A stretch of 64,000 nucleotides of DNA. Origin: Vicugna vicugna. Its lineage: Eukaryota. Numbering within the stretch: the stretch's first letter is position 1; each line of letters opens with the position of its first letter. The DNA lies in assembly GCA_013265495.1 (NCBI GenBank), contig MU061017.1:6596180-6660179 (forward strand), read 5' to 3'. The notes beneath the pieces are model-generated. The model made no database searches. It was not told the DNA's origin and saw nothing but the letters and a program-made list of their open reading frames with translations. Positions 39,773 to 53,300 of the stretch are shown one piece after another. The translations under genes and the position numbers were made by a program.

Positions 39773-41375
39773 CTGTACAAGATTCCACTGTACATCACAC
39801 ATTCTTCTACTCTTGCTTACACAGTAAACAAGTGTACACACCAGCCCTTTGGCTCAGGTTCACAGGTCTCCCCTGGAAAAGGCTGTCAGGCCAGTTAAAC
39901 TCAGGGTGTCTTTTTTGATGCCTCCTGGGAGCACTGGAAAGCTCTAGGCTCTGAGGGGCACAAGCCCGGCCCAGCTCTGTGGATGTGCAGAGAGCTCCAT
40001 GCCCTGTTGCTAAAACAGCTTTTCTCTGGGACAGCACAGTTTTTGCCCAACTACTTAGGGCAAAATCAAGCCCGTGGGAAAGAATCCTAGAACTGAGGCA
40101 AGATGTCCCAAAACACCCAGGTTCCAGCTCCCAGGCTGGACTGCAGACTGATGCCAAGAGGAGCTGGGGGCGGCATGGGCATCCCTGAGAAACTCGGTCC
40201 AAAGGGCCTGTGTCAGGAGGCTCTGAGAAGGAGGCTTGGGGCAGGGCAGTTGGGGAGAAAAAGCATGTTATGGGGGAATAAATTAAAGGTGAGAGCAGCT
40301 CTAGAGTCAGGGGCTTGTGCTATCCTTCCAACAGCTGGGGAGTAGACCAGGGGTGGCTTAGAGGAAGCGGGAGGGAAGAACTTGACGCACTACCTGAAGA
40401 CATCTCCTCTCACCTACTCTCCTCTTCACCTCACTGCGATGCGAAGCCAGCCAGGGACCGCGGGTATCACCCTGAGCTCCGCCGGTGGCTCTGAACACGG
40501 CACTGGGGAAAAGGGCAGAGGCTGAGGGATATTTCAGGGAGGGGCAGTTACCCCCTGGTCCCCAAATGCTATAAGGCACAATTCTTGGAGGCAACTAGAT
40601 TCCATCCAAAACGTTAAAAAACCAAAAAACTTATCAGATCCCAGGCCTACTGTGGCTGTGCTTGGGGCCTGGCCAACTCCCACCTAGCACCACTGGGGGC
40701 TAGCACTAGATAAGTTATATTTGAAGAATTAAAAAAAAAAGAAAAATGACCAGCACAATGTCCCAGCTGTTAAGAGGTGTGAAGGAGAGCATCTCCAGTC
40801 TGAAAACTTTAGTTATGATAATTAAAAAAAAAGTTGGGCTTTTAAAAATCAAAAACAGCTTGTTTCAAAGATGTCCCTCACATGTGCCCCTGGAGTTAGC
40901 AGCGTTAAGAGGGCTCTCGGCTCATGGATGCTTCTCTTGCTCCTGGACCAGAGAGGGTGAGCAGGGTCCAGGGGAAGACGGACGGCACTTCCAGGCAGTG
41001 ATCCTCCCAGCAGGCTCCAGAGGGCGCTGTCTTCTCGGGAAGCGTTGGGGCTGGAGCCGGCAGCTTGGACGAGCATCTTCTCCCCGCCGACCGTTGTTGT
41101 TTATCACACACAGGAGAAAAACCACAAGCTTACAAATGCAAACGAGAGAAGCCGAGGGGCGCTGTGCTGGCTCCCGGCAGTGTCCCATCTTCCCTGCCAG
41201 GCGGGCTCGGGAGCACCGGGCTCCCCCCAGACCGTCCAGGCTGCAGCAACTCCTGCCTGGCAGCTTCACTGTATCTTCCTCTTACGTGTCAGGTGTTTTT
41301 GTTGTTTGTCTTTTTAAAAGAACTTCGGATGTGGGGCCACCACAGGGGAGGGAGGATGGGCTGTACTCCTCGCTG

Positions 41376-44300
41376 CTACATGCGGGAGGGTGGACTGGCC
41401 AACTCGTAGAAGAGCAGATAGGCGTCGCTGGTGCGCACTTGGCTGGGGGACATGGGGGAGACGCTGCGGAGAGAGCAGGGACAGGTCAGCCTGGCGGGCA
41501 AGGGCCACCGCGATGCAGCCGAGTGGCTGGGGGAGTGTGAGGGTCCGTCTCTAATCTCTCTACTGGACACCCGAGGCCACCCTCTCCTGTTGTCTCCTGG
41601 ACAGTCTTCAAACGGGCAGCTGCTCAGCCTTCTGGCCCTGACCTCTTCTGTCCAGGCACAGACGGAGGTACGGGCGTCTGAGGTCTATCTCACCTGGAGT
41701 CGTTGAAGGTGTGCCATTCGCCTGTCACCGGACTCCGGCAGCAGGCTGTGTAATGGCTGCCCAGGGTGGTGCCGGAGTGATTGGACACAGCGTACAGGTT
41801 GTAAACAGCATGGTCTGAGGAGGAAGCACAAGGTTTCAAGCCCCCAGGCATCCCTTGCCTCCCCGTCCCCACCCCGCCCCCTATTCCCAGCTTCCCCATC
41901 TCACCTGTGAGCAGCTTCCCTCCACCTCCTGGCCTCCCATCTGCATCTCAGATACTTGTGCCCTGTGTCTGCCCTTCCAGCTGAAAAATACTTACTGGTG
42001 TTTTCTGAGGCAAATTCTCTCAAGTCCAGGTCTCTTAGTGGGAAATTCACAAATGTTGTGAGCTTGCTGGTTCGTATCCTGGATTCTGAGAACCGCTTCA
42101 GATCTGGTATTGATGTGAGTCAAGGACAAACAGGGTGGTGAGAACAGGGTCAAAGAACAGGAGACAAGCCCCTGAGGGTGACTGCACTTCCTGGGAAGCA
42201 GAAGAGCAAACAAGAGAATGAAAGCCCATCAAGTTTCCTTCTTCCCTACTTTGCCTGCCCTCACAGTGGCCCCTTGTCACTCTCAAGTCAAGCCCCTGCC
42301 CTGATGGATCTGAAGGATACGGAGCACCAAGATCTTTGGGAACCTCTGGATGGAGAACTTCTTTATACACCGTTTTCTGGCTCGGCAGCGACAGCATGTC
42401 TGAAAGATACGACAGAGTTGAGAAGGACTCACGGGAAAGGCTGATGGCCGAATCCAGCAATTCCGCGGCTGGTCTGCCCCCGAGAGGGCTCTGGGAGATG
42501 TGCTCTCGCTGTCACGGAGGGTGACTTACTGGCTTTTCATCGCCATCAAGCACATCCTCTTTGGTGAAGAGCCTCATGCAATCCATTAAAGTCACCTCGG
42601 GATAACCTCGCTGGGAGAGAAAAGTAAAGGTCAGAGGTCAACAACACAGAGAAGGTAAGAGTAGCGTTTCAAAAGTGGGGTGACAGGGGTGCATACCTTA
42701 GCAATGGGCAGTGAGAGGTCCCAGAAGGGATCAAAGACAGTAGAACAGTAACCACAATCAGTACACGTCAGGGAGCTCTTCAGCTGCCCCACAAAGAGAT
42801 CTGGGGGAGAGATGGACATGTGATGCTTAAACGCAGGGTCTCCTTTCTCACCACCACTCCTGCCTCGGTTGGTTGGGCACTGGGCATTGGGAGAGGTCCC
42901 TGGGAGAACCCATGCTCTGCTCAGGCAAAGCAGTTCACAGGGGAGGCAGGCATGCCCCTGTGCCTGCACTTACCCCCAATCCGACTGTCTTCCCGTTCTA
43001 GATATTTCCTCCACATCTGGCGCCCTTTCTCATCATCACTGGGACCCACAGAGAGGAAGACGACTGGGTCAGAGCTCAGACCATGATAAGTCTAAAGGTC
43101 TACCAACTGAAATCCTTAGTATCCAAAATCCTCCCCCAAACTATTACCCCCAAAGAAGTTGGCATGCTTCTCCTCCTACTCACGGAAGATGGTCCAGGTT
43201 CTCAGGGTTGGACTTGGGCCTCGCTGTGACCCGGTTCACCTCGTTGTGGAGCCCGTCCAGAAGGAAGCGAAGAAACTCCTGGGCATCCTGCTGACTGAAC
43301 CCGAGGAAAGGAGAGTGAGAACACCCCTCGTCCCTAGCACCTGCTGCTGCCACCACCCACCCTGGGGAGGACCCGTCCCCAGGGCCCTTACTTGTAGCCG
43401 ACGAAGCGCGGGGCGTATCTCTGGATCTGGGTCTTGAACTCAGAGGGGCTCACCACATCATTGGGGGATGAGGTCCATATGGTCTGGATTAGTTTTGCAA
43501 ACTCTTGGAAGGAGAGGGTAGAGGGGGGCGTGGAAGACAGGTGAGCCCCTTTCTCTAAGAAATTCAGAAACTAGAGTCCCAACAAAAAGAAGCCAAAGAA
43601 AAAGAAACAGAAGAGGAACACAGAACACAGCCCCACCAGGACAGCAGCAGGAGAGCGGGGAAGTGTCCAGCGGGGACCAGGACCACCGCGCGCACAGGCC
43701 CCTCACCTTCCATGAGGGCCGTGTGCGCGCTGCTGCTGTGGCTCAGCTCCCGCACGTACAGCCTCTGGAGGCAGTAATCTCGCAGCTCCCGGGTGTTGCT
43801 CAGGCACTGCAGGATGGAGTTCATGAAGCACTGCAAGAGAGCGTCCCGTCAGCAGGGGAAGACAGACCCCTGGCTGGCATGTCTATTTCCTTAATACTCC
43901 AGGCCCTCTGGTTCACCTGGCCCAGAAATGAATCCTCCCACAGCCTCAAGTTCCTCTTTCTGTAAGTGAAAGGTGTGAAGTGAGGCAGATTCCCACCGCT
44001 GGCACAGGTGACGCAACTGGTTATTTACTAAACAGGTGTACAAAAGGGTGTGGGGGAGCCAGACGGAAGTGGGTGGGGAAGTGATGGATGTCCTTGAGAA
44101 GGATCCAGGAAAGCAGCTAGGCCGCCAGCGAAAAGGGCAACTCCCCTTTAGCAGTCTTTCCTGCTGGGGGCGGGGATAAGGCAGAGCCCAGCAATTCTGT
44201 AAAACACCAGTCAGGAAGGGCAGCTACCAACTAGCCTGGAGGGTAGGGAGTCAGCTGAAGCCAGGAGGGGACTCTGGTTAGATGGTCCCAGCAGGGATGG

Positions 44301-47300
44301 AAGGGAGTGGCCTCAGGGAAGAAGTGGGCTGGGAAGAACTCACCGTGTTCCCAAGGTTTCGGAGACCAGCCAGACCCTGGGCGCTCTTAGAATTCTGCAA
44401 GCAAAGAACACGTGGCATATGAGGCTGAAGGAAGAGGCCGGCCCCAGGCTAGGTTCTTTCTGGCTGATTGTAGCTGCTAGCATCAGGCCACACACATTAC
44501 TCTCTCTCCAACTTTAGTCTATGTACATTGTAAGAAAGAGGGGTGAGAATGCCTGTCATTTTCAACACACAACAAAAATATTCCTCAAGGCTTTGCTTTC
44601 CTTTATTGACCATGTGTTTCCCCCCATCTTTACGTTACATCTTTACTCTTCATTCTCTGCCATGTTGGAGACTAGAGATTAGAGCCAGAGACTGGGAGTT
44701 CACATATCTGATTCCTGTTATAAGTTTCAGGTCCCCAGTCCAGACACACTCTAAATGACCTACACGTGTACCGCTAATGTCTGAGCTATAAAGCAGCTAT
44801 ACTAATAAGCACTTCAAGGAGGTCTTGGAAAGCCCAATGACGAAAATTAACTGAGTTCAGATCTTCAGCTGGGAAAAACTCTGTCGGCCTGCCATTCTGA
44901 ATTGCCAGGGACAGGTGGAATTCCTTTCAGCTGAGCTCAGCTCCTCAGGGCTGATTAAAGCCTGGGAGAATCCTCCCCACCTGGTTCAGGTTTCAACATC
45001 CTGACTGGCCACTGGCTGGGAATCCTGCTGATGGCAGACTGGCCACGCAGAGGTGAGCACCTGGCTGCAGGCGCGACTCCTGCCCTTGTCCCTCTGGTGG
45101 AGGCTGGGAGGGGGCTGGAGAGAGCACAGGTGCTGGGTCGAGGACGCTGAGCGTTGTTTTTCCAGGTCTCTTGGCTAATCCTGGCCCAACCTCCAAGGAG
45201 GCAGAAAACCTTCAGGCTCAAAGGGTTAAAGCAGCAACGTGCAGAGGACCCTGCCATCCTCCCTTTCAGGGAGGGGACCCGGGAGCAGGCAGCTCTGGAG
45301 CAACACTGGCTGGGGCATGCGTGGGGCCAGCTCAACCCTGATCAGAACAGAAGCCTGAAATAACTCAGCTAAAATTACTCATGCCGTGTGCTGACAGCCT
45401 CTGAGGCTGTCAGCAGCTCAAAGCCCATGAGGTTGTCAGCATAAGGGGGGTGGGGTGGGGAGAAGCAGGCTGAAGGAGGGCTTTTCTCAGGAACTGCCCT
45501 GCTGATCCCACAAGTAAGAGGATCCCTCCTTGCCACTTATTAGGTCTAACGCTAACAGGTAGGCAAGGAAATACCTAAACCAGCCGACAGACCTGATTTC
45601 CACCTGCAGCTGGAAAGAAAAGCCTATTGGCAGCAGGTGGGGTATAAGCAGCCTCTGAAGAACAGAGCAGTGTAGGGCCCCAAAAGCAAAATTTAAATCT
45701 TACCTTTCCAACAATCTAAACCCTGATGTTCCAGGCAGGGGCCACAACAAAGACAATTCCCTGGACAAAGACCTTACCAGCACTTTCAGGTCAACCTGGG
45801 GCCCAGCAGAAACACTGACGTCTCCGTGCTGCCCACCTGGAACTAAGCAGTAAAGCCCGCCCGCAGCTGAACGCCCACTCCGACACCTCTTTCTGGCAGC
45901 GCTTTATTAGTTCTCACCCCCCTGTGCTTCCACCACTGGTGACTGTCACTGTCCACCCTCGGCTGAGATGCAGTCACGCAGCACTAGTGGGGGTAGGGCA
46001 GCGGGAGACCGGAGGCATCTTTCTAGGGAAGCATTCCTGTGGTGTTGACACTTTGACCCAGCAGACAGAGGGTCAAGAATGCATCGTGATGAACAGTTAC
46101 TATCCTGAAGGATCTAATCTTACTTGTGGCCTGGCCGGTGGAGGAGAGCTGGAGAGGCTCCTTCAAGGCATCGCTAGGACCCTCTTCGTTCTGGGGGTGG
46201 GGGTTGTGTCTGTCTAAAACCTCCTGAGCTCGAAACCACTTGCCAATTCGTAAGCACCCTATGTAGAAGGCGGCTGGGTGACAGGAGTCAGGGGGTTAGG
46301 GTGGAGGGGAGAGCAGGACTGTTCTCTGCCTAGCCAGATAGTCTTCTGCCATGAATAGGAAATCAGGAGCTCCAGGGAAAGTCAGCACTTTCCATTCCAG
46401 AGAGGAACAAAATGTCCCAGAAGTGACCTTTCTTACGGGGAAAACAATCCTACCTCAGGGCTGACAGGGAGAGGCTAGAACTGGAGAAGTTGGGAGAGAC
46501 CCTGTATAGCTAGCCTCTCACCAGGAGAGGAGGAACTGACTCCAGCTAGGATGCTGGAACTCAAGTGCAAAGAGCTGAGAAGGTTCGGGTCAAGAACATC
46601 CTTCAAATTAGCCATCAGCACACCTAATGTGACTCAGTAGCAACCACTGTTCTAGAAAGTAGATGCCACCTCCATAGCCAGTAAACAGCGTTCACCTTCC
46701 AGCGAAGGTGCAGGGGACTCAGGAAGCACCCGCTCTACGTTAAGGCATTGGAAACATCCGGGAATATAGGCCATATTAAAAAGGCTGATTGAGGTTTGTA
46801 CCTTCACACTCGAGACCCCAGGAAAGAGCATTCCGGCGTACTTCACCTGTGCCATGAGGGTCAGCCATGAGTCCTGGCTGCAGCCAAGGAGCCTGGTGTG
46901 GCCCTGGCACGGGGCAGTGCACGCACTGCCAACACGGGAGCTGGTGCTGTTACATAAGATATGCCAAGCTCTGGCCCCTTCTCCCTTCCCCGAGCGGACA
47001 GTGCCCAGCCTTTAGCCCCAGCATCACTCTGGAGTGACTACCTCATTTGAAGGCTCCAGAGCCCACTTAGCAGAACTGGGGAGGGCTGGGAAGAGAAGGG
47101 ACGTTGACCTCTTTCCAGTCTGCAATTCCTCTGCCCTTCACGGGGTCAAAGGACCCCTGTTACCGACCCTCGGGGAGAGGGCCTTTTGGGATCAGTGACG
47201 GGGAGGCAGCCCCCTTCTGATCAGCCTTTCTTGCTGGGTTTTGGCCTTGGAGGAGTCACACCAGCAGAGTCCAGCGAGCTGCCCGTTCCCTCACACCCCG

Positions 47301-50300
47301 AGAACTAGTCAAGGTTACGCCTTCCTGCACCTGTCCGGATAGGTGCCAGGAATTAATTAAGAGCCCAAGAGCCACCTGGTGCCTGGGTCGCGGAGAGGGA
47401 GGGGGGAGGGGGACTCGGGGCTGGGACCTCAACAAGGGGCAGGGGCCGCGAGTGAGCGTGAGATCACATGGGGAGGGGGCACTCCTTGCCGGGAGAACCT
47501 GGGAAAGGAGGGTGGGGGTGCTGGGAAGAATCCGCGCCCGAGCCGAGGGCGCGCGGCGGACGGAGGTAGGGGTGGGGGCGTCCCGGGGAGGAGGCGGAAC
47601 CCCAGCCCTCAGCGTGGGGGTCCCGGAAAAGGGCCCCGCGTACCTTGGCTTTGTTGACCAGGAGCCCCACGAAGGTGGAGATCAGCAGGGAAGGGGAGAG
47701 AGTGGAGCGCGGCCGCAGCTCCTTGGCGAGGGCGGGAAAGGGGGCAGCGGGGGGCTCCTCGGGCAGGGTCCCGGTGTACGAGGTGCGCAACATGCTGGGG
47801 GGGGGGCGGCGGGCTCGGCCCCTCGCCTAACGTTGGCCAAGGGGGCGCGGGGAAGGACCGCGCGGACCCACAGCCCGGACGCCCAGGCCGCCGAGGCCGC
47901 CACAGGACACCGTCCGCGGCGCCCGGCGGTAACCGCTACGGCGGGCCGACCGCGCACCGCTCCGCCTCAACCTCCCCGGCGCGCGCCGCCAACCGCCCCG
48001 GCACCGGCTTAGCGATCCGGCGGACTGACGGCCCCCGCGGGAGCCTCGGGCCCCACGACCCCTCATCTCCTGCGGGTCCGCTCCCTGGCCCCGGCCGGCC
48101 CCGCCCGCCGCAGAGACCCGCAGCCCCCGGCGGCGGGCAGGATCCCGGCAGGCAGGACCGGAGCGCGGAGCCCCGGACCCGCCTCGGGACTGGGACTCGG
48201 GAGACACTTTGAGGCCCGCAGAGGACATGTCTCCAAGGCCGAGTGTCAGCCGGGTTAGCCTCCCCCAAGGCAGCCTGCGATTCATTACTTTTGGGGCCTT
48301 GCAGATCATTTTGAGAACCAGATGAAAGCTCTGTACTCGTTTTTCAGGGAAAGATGCACTCACGCACAAACCTGTACAGCATTGGCGGGGTGTAGGGGGA
48401 GGTTCAGGCCTTCTTGAAGCCCAACATCCACACAGTCCATGAGGGTCACTGGGCCAAGGTTAGGAAGATAGATTTCCAGGGCCTTGGGACTGACCTCCCC
48501 TCCTCCCTCCAGTTAGAACTAGGGTTTGGCCCATTATCAAGAGGCAGTGCCCATATTTTTATAAGGTACAAGAGGTCACTGTCCCTTTTGGCCCCAGGAA
48601 AGAATCTTTTCGGGCCTCTTCTATCCAGTTACCCAACTCCATCTCTTCCAGAATCTCAAATTTTGATTTCTTTTTGGGAGACGGGGATAAAGCAACATGA
48701 TAGTGGAGAAATAGGTGCTCAGCTGGTGTGGGGGAGAATGTACTGCTCTGACCTAGGGGCAGCAATACTTGAAGATCAGAGGTCTCAGTGTTTTATTCCT
48801 GATGCTCCACCCGCCTCACCTATCGGGTACCCACACAGAATCTGCCTGGGGAAAGTATCTTGTTTGGAGCTTGATGGCTATTTTTAGCCAGTATTTTTAG
48901 CATTTAAAAATACTGAGAGAGGCAGCAGTGTGTGCTGTTACTCATCTGTGGCCTCCTTCTGTTCCTCTTGGCCTGCTCATCCTCACATGTACACGCGCAC
49001 TGCACACACGACCACAGCCACACGGGGAATGTGCCCAGGACACACGTATGGCTGTACCCCAGGCCTCCCACAGAACAGCAATTTTGTGCTGTTGAGAGGG
49101 GTGTACAGACAGTTGCCCCTGTGTGTTCCAGGAGTGGTGGTGGGAGGAGTGGACAGCAGCAGGAGCTATAGGGCATTCTCCTGGCTAATAAGTGAGGGCG
49201 GGATGTTAGGTCACTGTCCTCGCCCAGTGACCAAACCTGGACCTTGGACAAAATGCAGCTGCCTTCTTTCTAACCACACCCTTTCAAGCCAGTCCTACGC
49301 TGTCTGCAGCAATGCCTGCATTTCATCACATCACTCTTCTGCCCTGAAACACCACAAGTGGCCGACTCTTCTCTCCAGTACGGAAGCCTCAAGTAGCCCT
49401 GTCTGTGAGGCTGTCATCCATAGGCAGCACACCATTGGCACCACCCTCCCTCTTCTCTGATCCTTGCTGCCAACCATCCTGCTTCATCACTTGCCTTCTC
49501 TCAAAAAGCAAAACTGATTATGTACTTACTAAATGCTAGGTACTTCTAAGTGCGTTATATATATTATCCCAGTTAACTTGCATAATAACACAATGATGCA
49601 GTAACTATTACCTCTGTTTTCTAGATGAAGGACCTTAAGCCCTGAGAGGTCAAGAGAGAGACTTGCCAGGACCACAGAGCTAGTAAATGGCAGTGTGGCT
49701 TTGAACCCATACCTGTGCTACAGCAAAACCCAGGCTTGCAGCAACTACCAGGAGATTCTGGATGGCCCTTCCTGTTCTCTGCTAATTACCTGCTGGTAAA
49801 TTCTGCTCAAAACACATGTTTTCCGCAAAGCTTTCTCTAATGAACTCCACCCAGCTCTAAATACCCCATTACTGTCTATTAATGTTGTTTGCACTGTATT
49901 AATTTGTCTTAATATGTTTACCTTTGTTTCCTAAGTGTCTCTAAGACTTCTGTAAATGATCTGAGCTTGTGTGTTGATGGTGCCGTCACACTGATACCTC
50001 CTCAAGGGCAGGGCTGGGGCTTCTTAGTGGGTGCTTAACAAAGGTGTTGAGCCCATCACTAAAGAGGGCCAGACCAGGCTCTGCTGGGCATCCTGGAAGT
50101 CGAACTGGGCCTTGGGAGAGGGGGCAGGGTGAGTCTGGGTCTGCCTGTTGAATATGTGCAGCAGACAACGCTGTCCGTCAGGTGCTCACGCACTGGAGCA
50201 TTTGGCCTGTCTCCCCCTGACGTAGGCTGGCTACCCCAGGCCATCATGGCATCCTGCCAGTACGCTGTCTCCCTCTTTCCTGGAATGCAGAAGGTTAGGG

Positions 50301-53300
50301 ACATTGCTGGGAGCAGGGAGGCCCAGATGGGGGAAGCCCCTGCGTGGGAGCCCTTTGAGAAGTCTGGGTGGAAAGAATTCACACAGGGTCCAGTCTTGTC
50401 AGGCAGGTCTGGCTGCTACAGGACACAACCAACCAAGAACTGTTGGTTCAGTTCTTAACTAGCCAAGCCCCGGTGAGACTCCTTCTCCTCCCTCCGTGCC
50501 ATTTCTTGAAGTGGGATGGGTAACACATACAGTCTTACGGGATCTGAGTCTGGCTTTGGCTGTGTGACTCGGCCTCAAACACGCTGAGCTAATCTGAGCA
50601 GGGCTCATTCCTGGACCTGGAGCAAAACTGCTATTTCTCAGAGCCTGTGCTTGGCCTGCCTCCCCTGTAAATAATTTTCTCACCTCAAATCCTTCCTGGC
50701 ACGAATGGAGCATTTAAATAAGTTAAAGTCACGGTTAGCTGTGCCTGAGGCTGGACTATGGAGATCTTGCTTTCTCAGATCTTAGTGGGCAGCTGGGTCC
50801 TGGTTTAGAAAAACTGCTAGGGCCGAGGCAAATGCCTTCAGGCCAACAGCCCTGCTTCCACGCACACCTGCTTTTACCACCTCAAACGGGACAGACTGGT
50901 GGCCTCATCCACCGATTGAACCGGCAGGGGCTCAGAATCCTTGTTAGGGTGTAAGTGCCCTTTGTGGAGAGGACCAGTCAGTCCTACCTAAGTTCTATAG
51001 GCAGCTCCACCTCTCTGCATCACTCAGACCTCAGGAGGCCAAAATCTCTGTACTCCTTTGAGCCTAGGGGGCAGTCTGGCCTGAACCAGCTGGATTCCAG
51101 AGGCCCACACACTTCCCTCTTGCTTGTACCTTTGTGTGGGGTGCTGGTTTTACATATCCATGGCGGTGAGAGGGTGCAGGGAGCCATGTGTCCAGCTCTG
51201 AGCCCTGAACATGGTGTTCATTTCTGCAGCTGATGGTCAGTGGAGTGGCTTCCTCAGGGGCAGGGAATATTTGGCCAGGCTTGAATTAACTTCTGCTTTG
51301 CTGAGCCCCACCCCAGCACCACATTAATTCCGGAGACAACCTGGAGTGGGGATGGAGGAGGAGGCAGGGAGCATGGTACTGGGCACTGATTGAGAAACTG
51401 AGCCTGGTTAAGGTAGCACCAAGGCCACCAGCCAGGTCACAGTCCACAGCCGGTCTTCAAGGGATGGAGACATTGGTGTCTTGCTGAGTCTAACCACAGA
51501 CCACAAACCGACCGCTCTTTCTTTCTCAGTAGCTAGTACCAGTCCTGGCTGTGGGACCCCTCTGGCTTAAGGTCTCCACATGACTGTCCTATGCTGTCAA
51601 CACAGATTCAGGCCCTCACGAAGTTTAGCCTCCTCAGGGTGGCCAAGTGGGTGAGGACAAGCCCCAGGGTCTCAGGCTGCCAAGCTGGACAAACAAGACA
51701 GCAGAGATGCAGTTCAGCGTGGCTGAGTAAACAGTGAGAAGGCAGGGGAGAGAGGAAGGTCATACTTCTCACCCGGGAGCTCCAGGGCAGCCCCTGCTGT
51801 CCTCAGCTAGTTCTCTTGGGAGTAAAACTCCTCCCCGTTCCCCACTGCTTTGCAGCAGTCAGGTCCAAAGTCCCACCCAAGAGAAAAAGCACATGACCTC
51901 AGCTTATATAATCTCCTTGTCACTGAACAGCTGGAACCCAAGGTTGAGTCAGCAGCCCCAGTGGCAAAAAGAACCCTGGTAATCTAGGTTCCCCGGCTGT
52001 GTGCTCCTAGCAACAGGTCCCAGAGCAGAGAGCAAGGCTGTGGAAGAGGCTGTGTTGAGGGTAACAGGCTACACCAGGCTCTGAGCCTCAGTCTCAGACT
52101 CTGAGCCATCAGTCTCTGGCTCTGTACCTGAGCAGCAGGTGCCCGGTCTGGTGACTGCTCTGGAGGGCCCTGGGCCAACCCAGCTCTTCCTGGGGAGGCG
52201 ACAGGGTGGCCTGGGCAGGGCAAGGCAAGGGGAGGGCAGGGCTGAGGCCGGAGGGCAGAATGCCAGGGCCGGGGAGGGAGCAGCTGGAGTGGGTGGAGCG
52301 GAGGAGGATTAGGATGGATTGTAGGGTTAAAGCGCAGCCCTGGCAGGGCTCAGTGGGAACAGCCTGTCCTTCCATAGGCCCGAGGGAACAGGAGAGGTGG
52401 GGTGGAGGGGGGACAGGACCGGTTTGGGTGTTTGAGCCTACAGCTCTCTGCAGGGCCAACCCACCGGGCCTGGCTTGGAGTCCCCATTGTGGGTGGTGGA
52501 AGTTCTCTCTTTTTTTTTCTTACCAGTTCTGAACTAACACACCCCGCTCTTCTCCAGTCTCTCTGCCTTAAAACAGAAGGTGAAGCTTGGGGCAGCCCTC
52601 ACTGTCCTAGGCTGAGCTGCACTGGTGTGCGGACTGGCATTTTGTTGGTATTTAAGCAAGCCGGGTGGGGAGGGGGGTTCCGGAATTCATGTGTCCTCCC
52701 CTCCCCCCACCAGTTCTTTAACTCCTGCTCAGCTGCATCTGTGATATTCCAAGTTCACGTGGGCTGTTGTATTAATGAGGGGAATGAGTCTGGTTGGAAC
52801 TGTTCTACTCCCCGGTTGGGTCTGCTTTTGACCTTCCTCTGTGAGTGCCAACTGTAGTTCAAGTCAGCTACCCTGAGAGCCCAGGGCCAGGGCCAGGGCT
52901 GCCCCAGGGTGGGGGCCCAGGGGAGTCAGATCACACTGGATGTGCTTTCTCACCTTTGTTCTTCCCCACGGTGGTCCCCTCCCCACTCCATTCAGCTGCC
53001 AAATGCCCCTTTTCCATCATCTCCTTTGCCCCCCTAAGTTTAAGCTCTCCTGCAGCATTTTACAGGTTTCAGATTCCTCCACATCCATTATTTGCTTTGA
53101 GCCTCATGACATCCCTGTGAGGTGGGCAGGGCAGGCATGACCACTCCCTTTTATGGATGAGGAAACAGCTCAGATGAGAGGTGTCCAAGGTTAAAGAGGC
53201 AAACTGTCCTTCCAGCGGTCATAGCAGCCCATCGCGGCCTCAGGTGACTTCTCCCTTTCCCACCACCTATGACACAGAGAAACACCTCGGGCTGCCTCCT

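Noticed and set aside
40746-41540. 264-aa antisense ORF over the USP2 3'UTR
   Set aside because: No recognisable domain and no promoter or splice support; likely chance.
47788-47793. Short USP2 isoform starting ML-RTSY rather than M-RTSY
   Set aside because: A one-residue difference from my memory of the human protein; cannot be verified here and is probably trivial.
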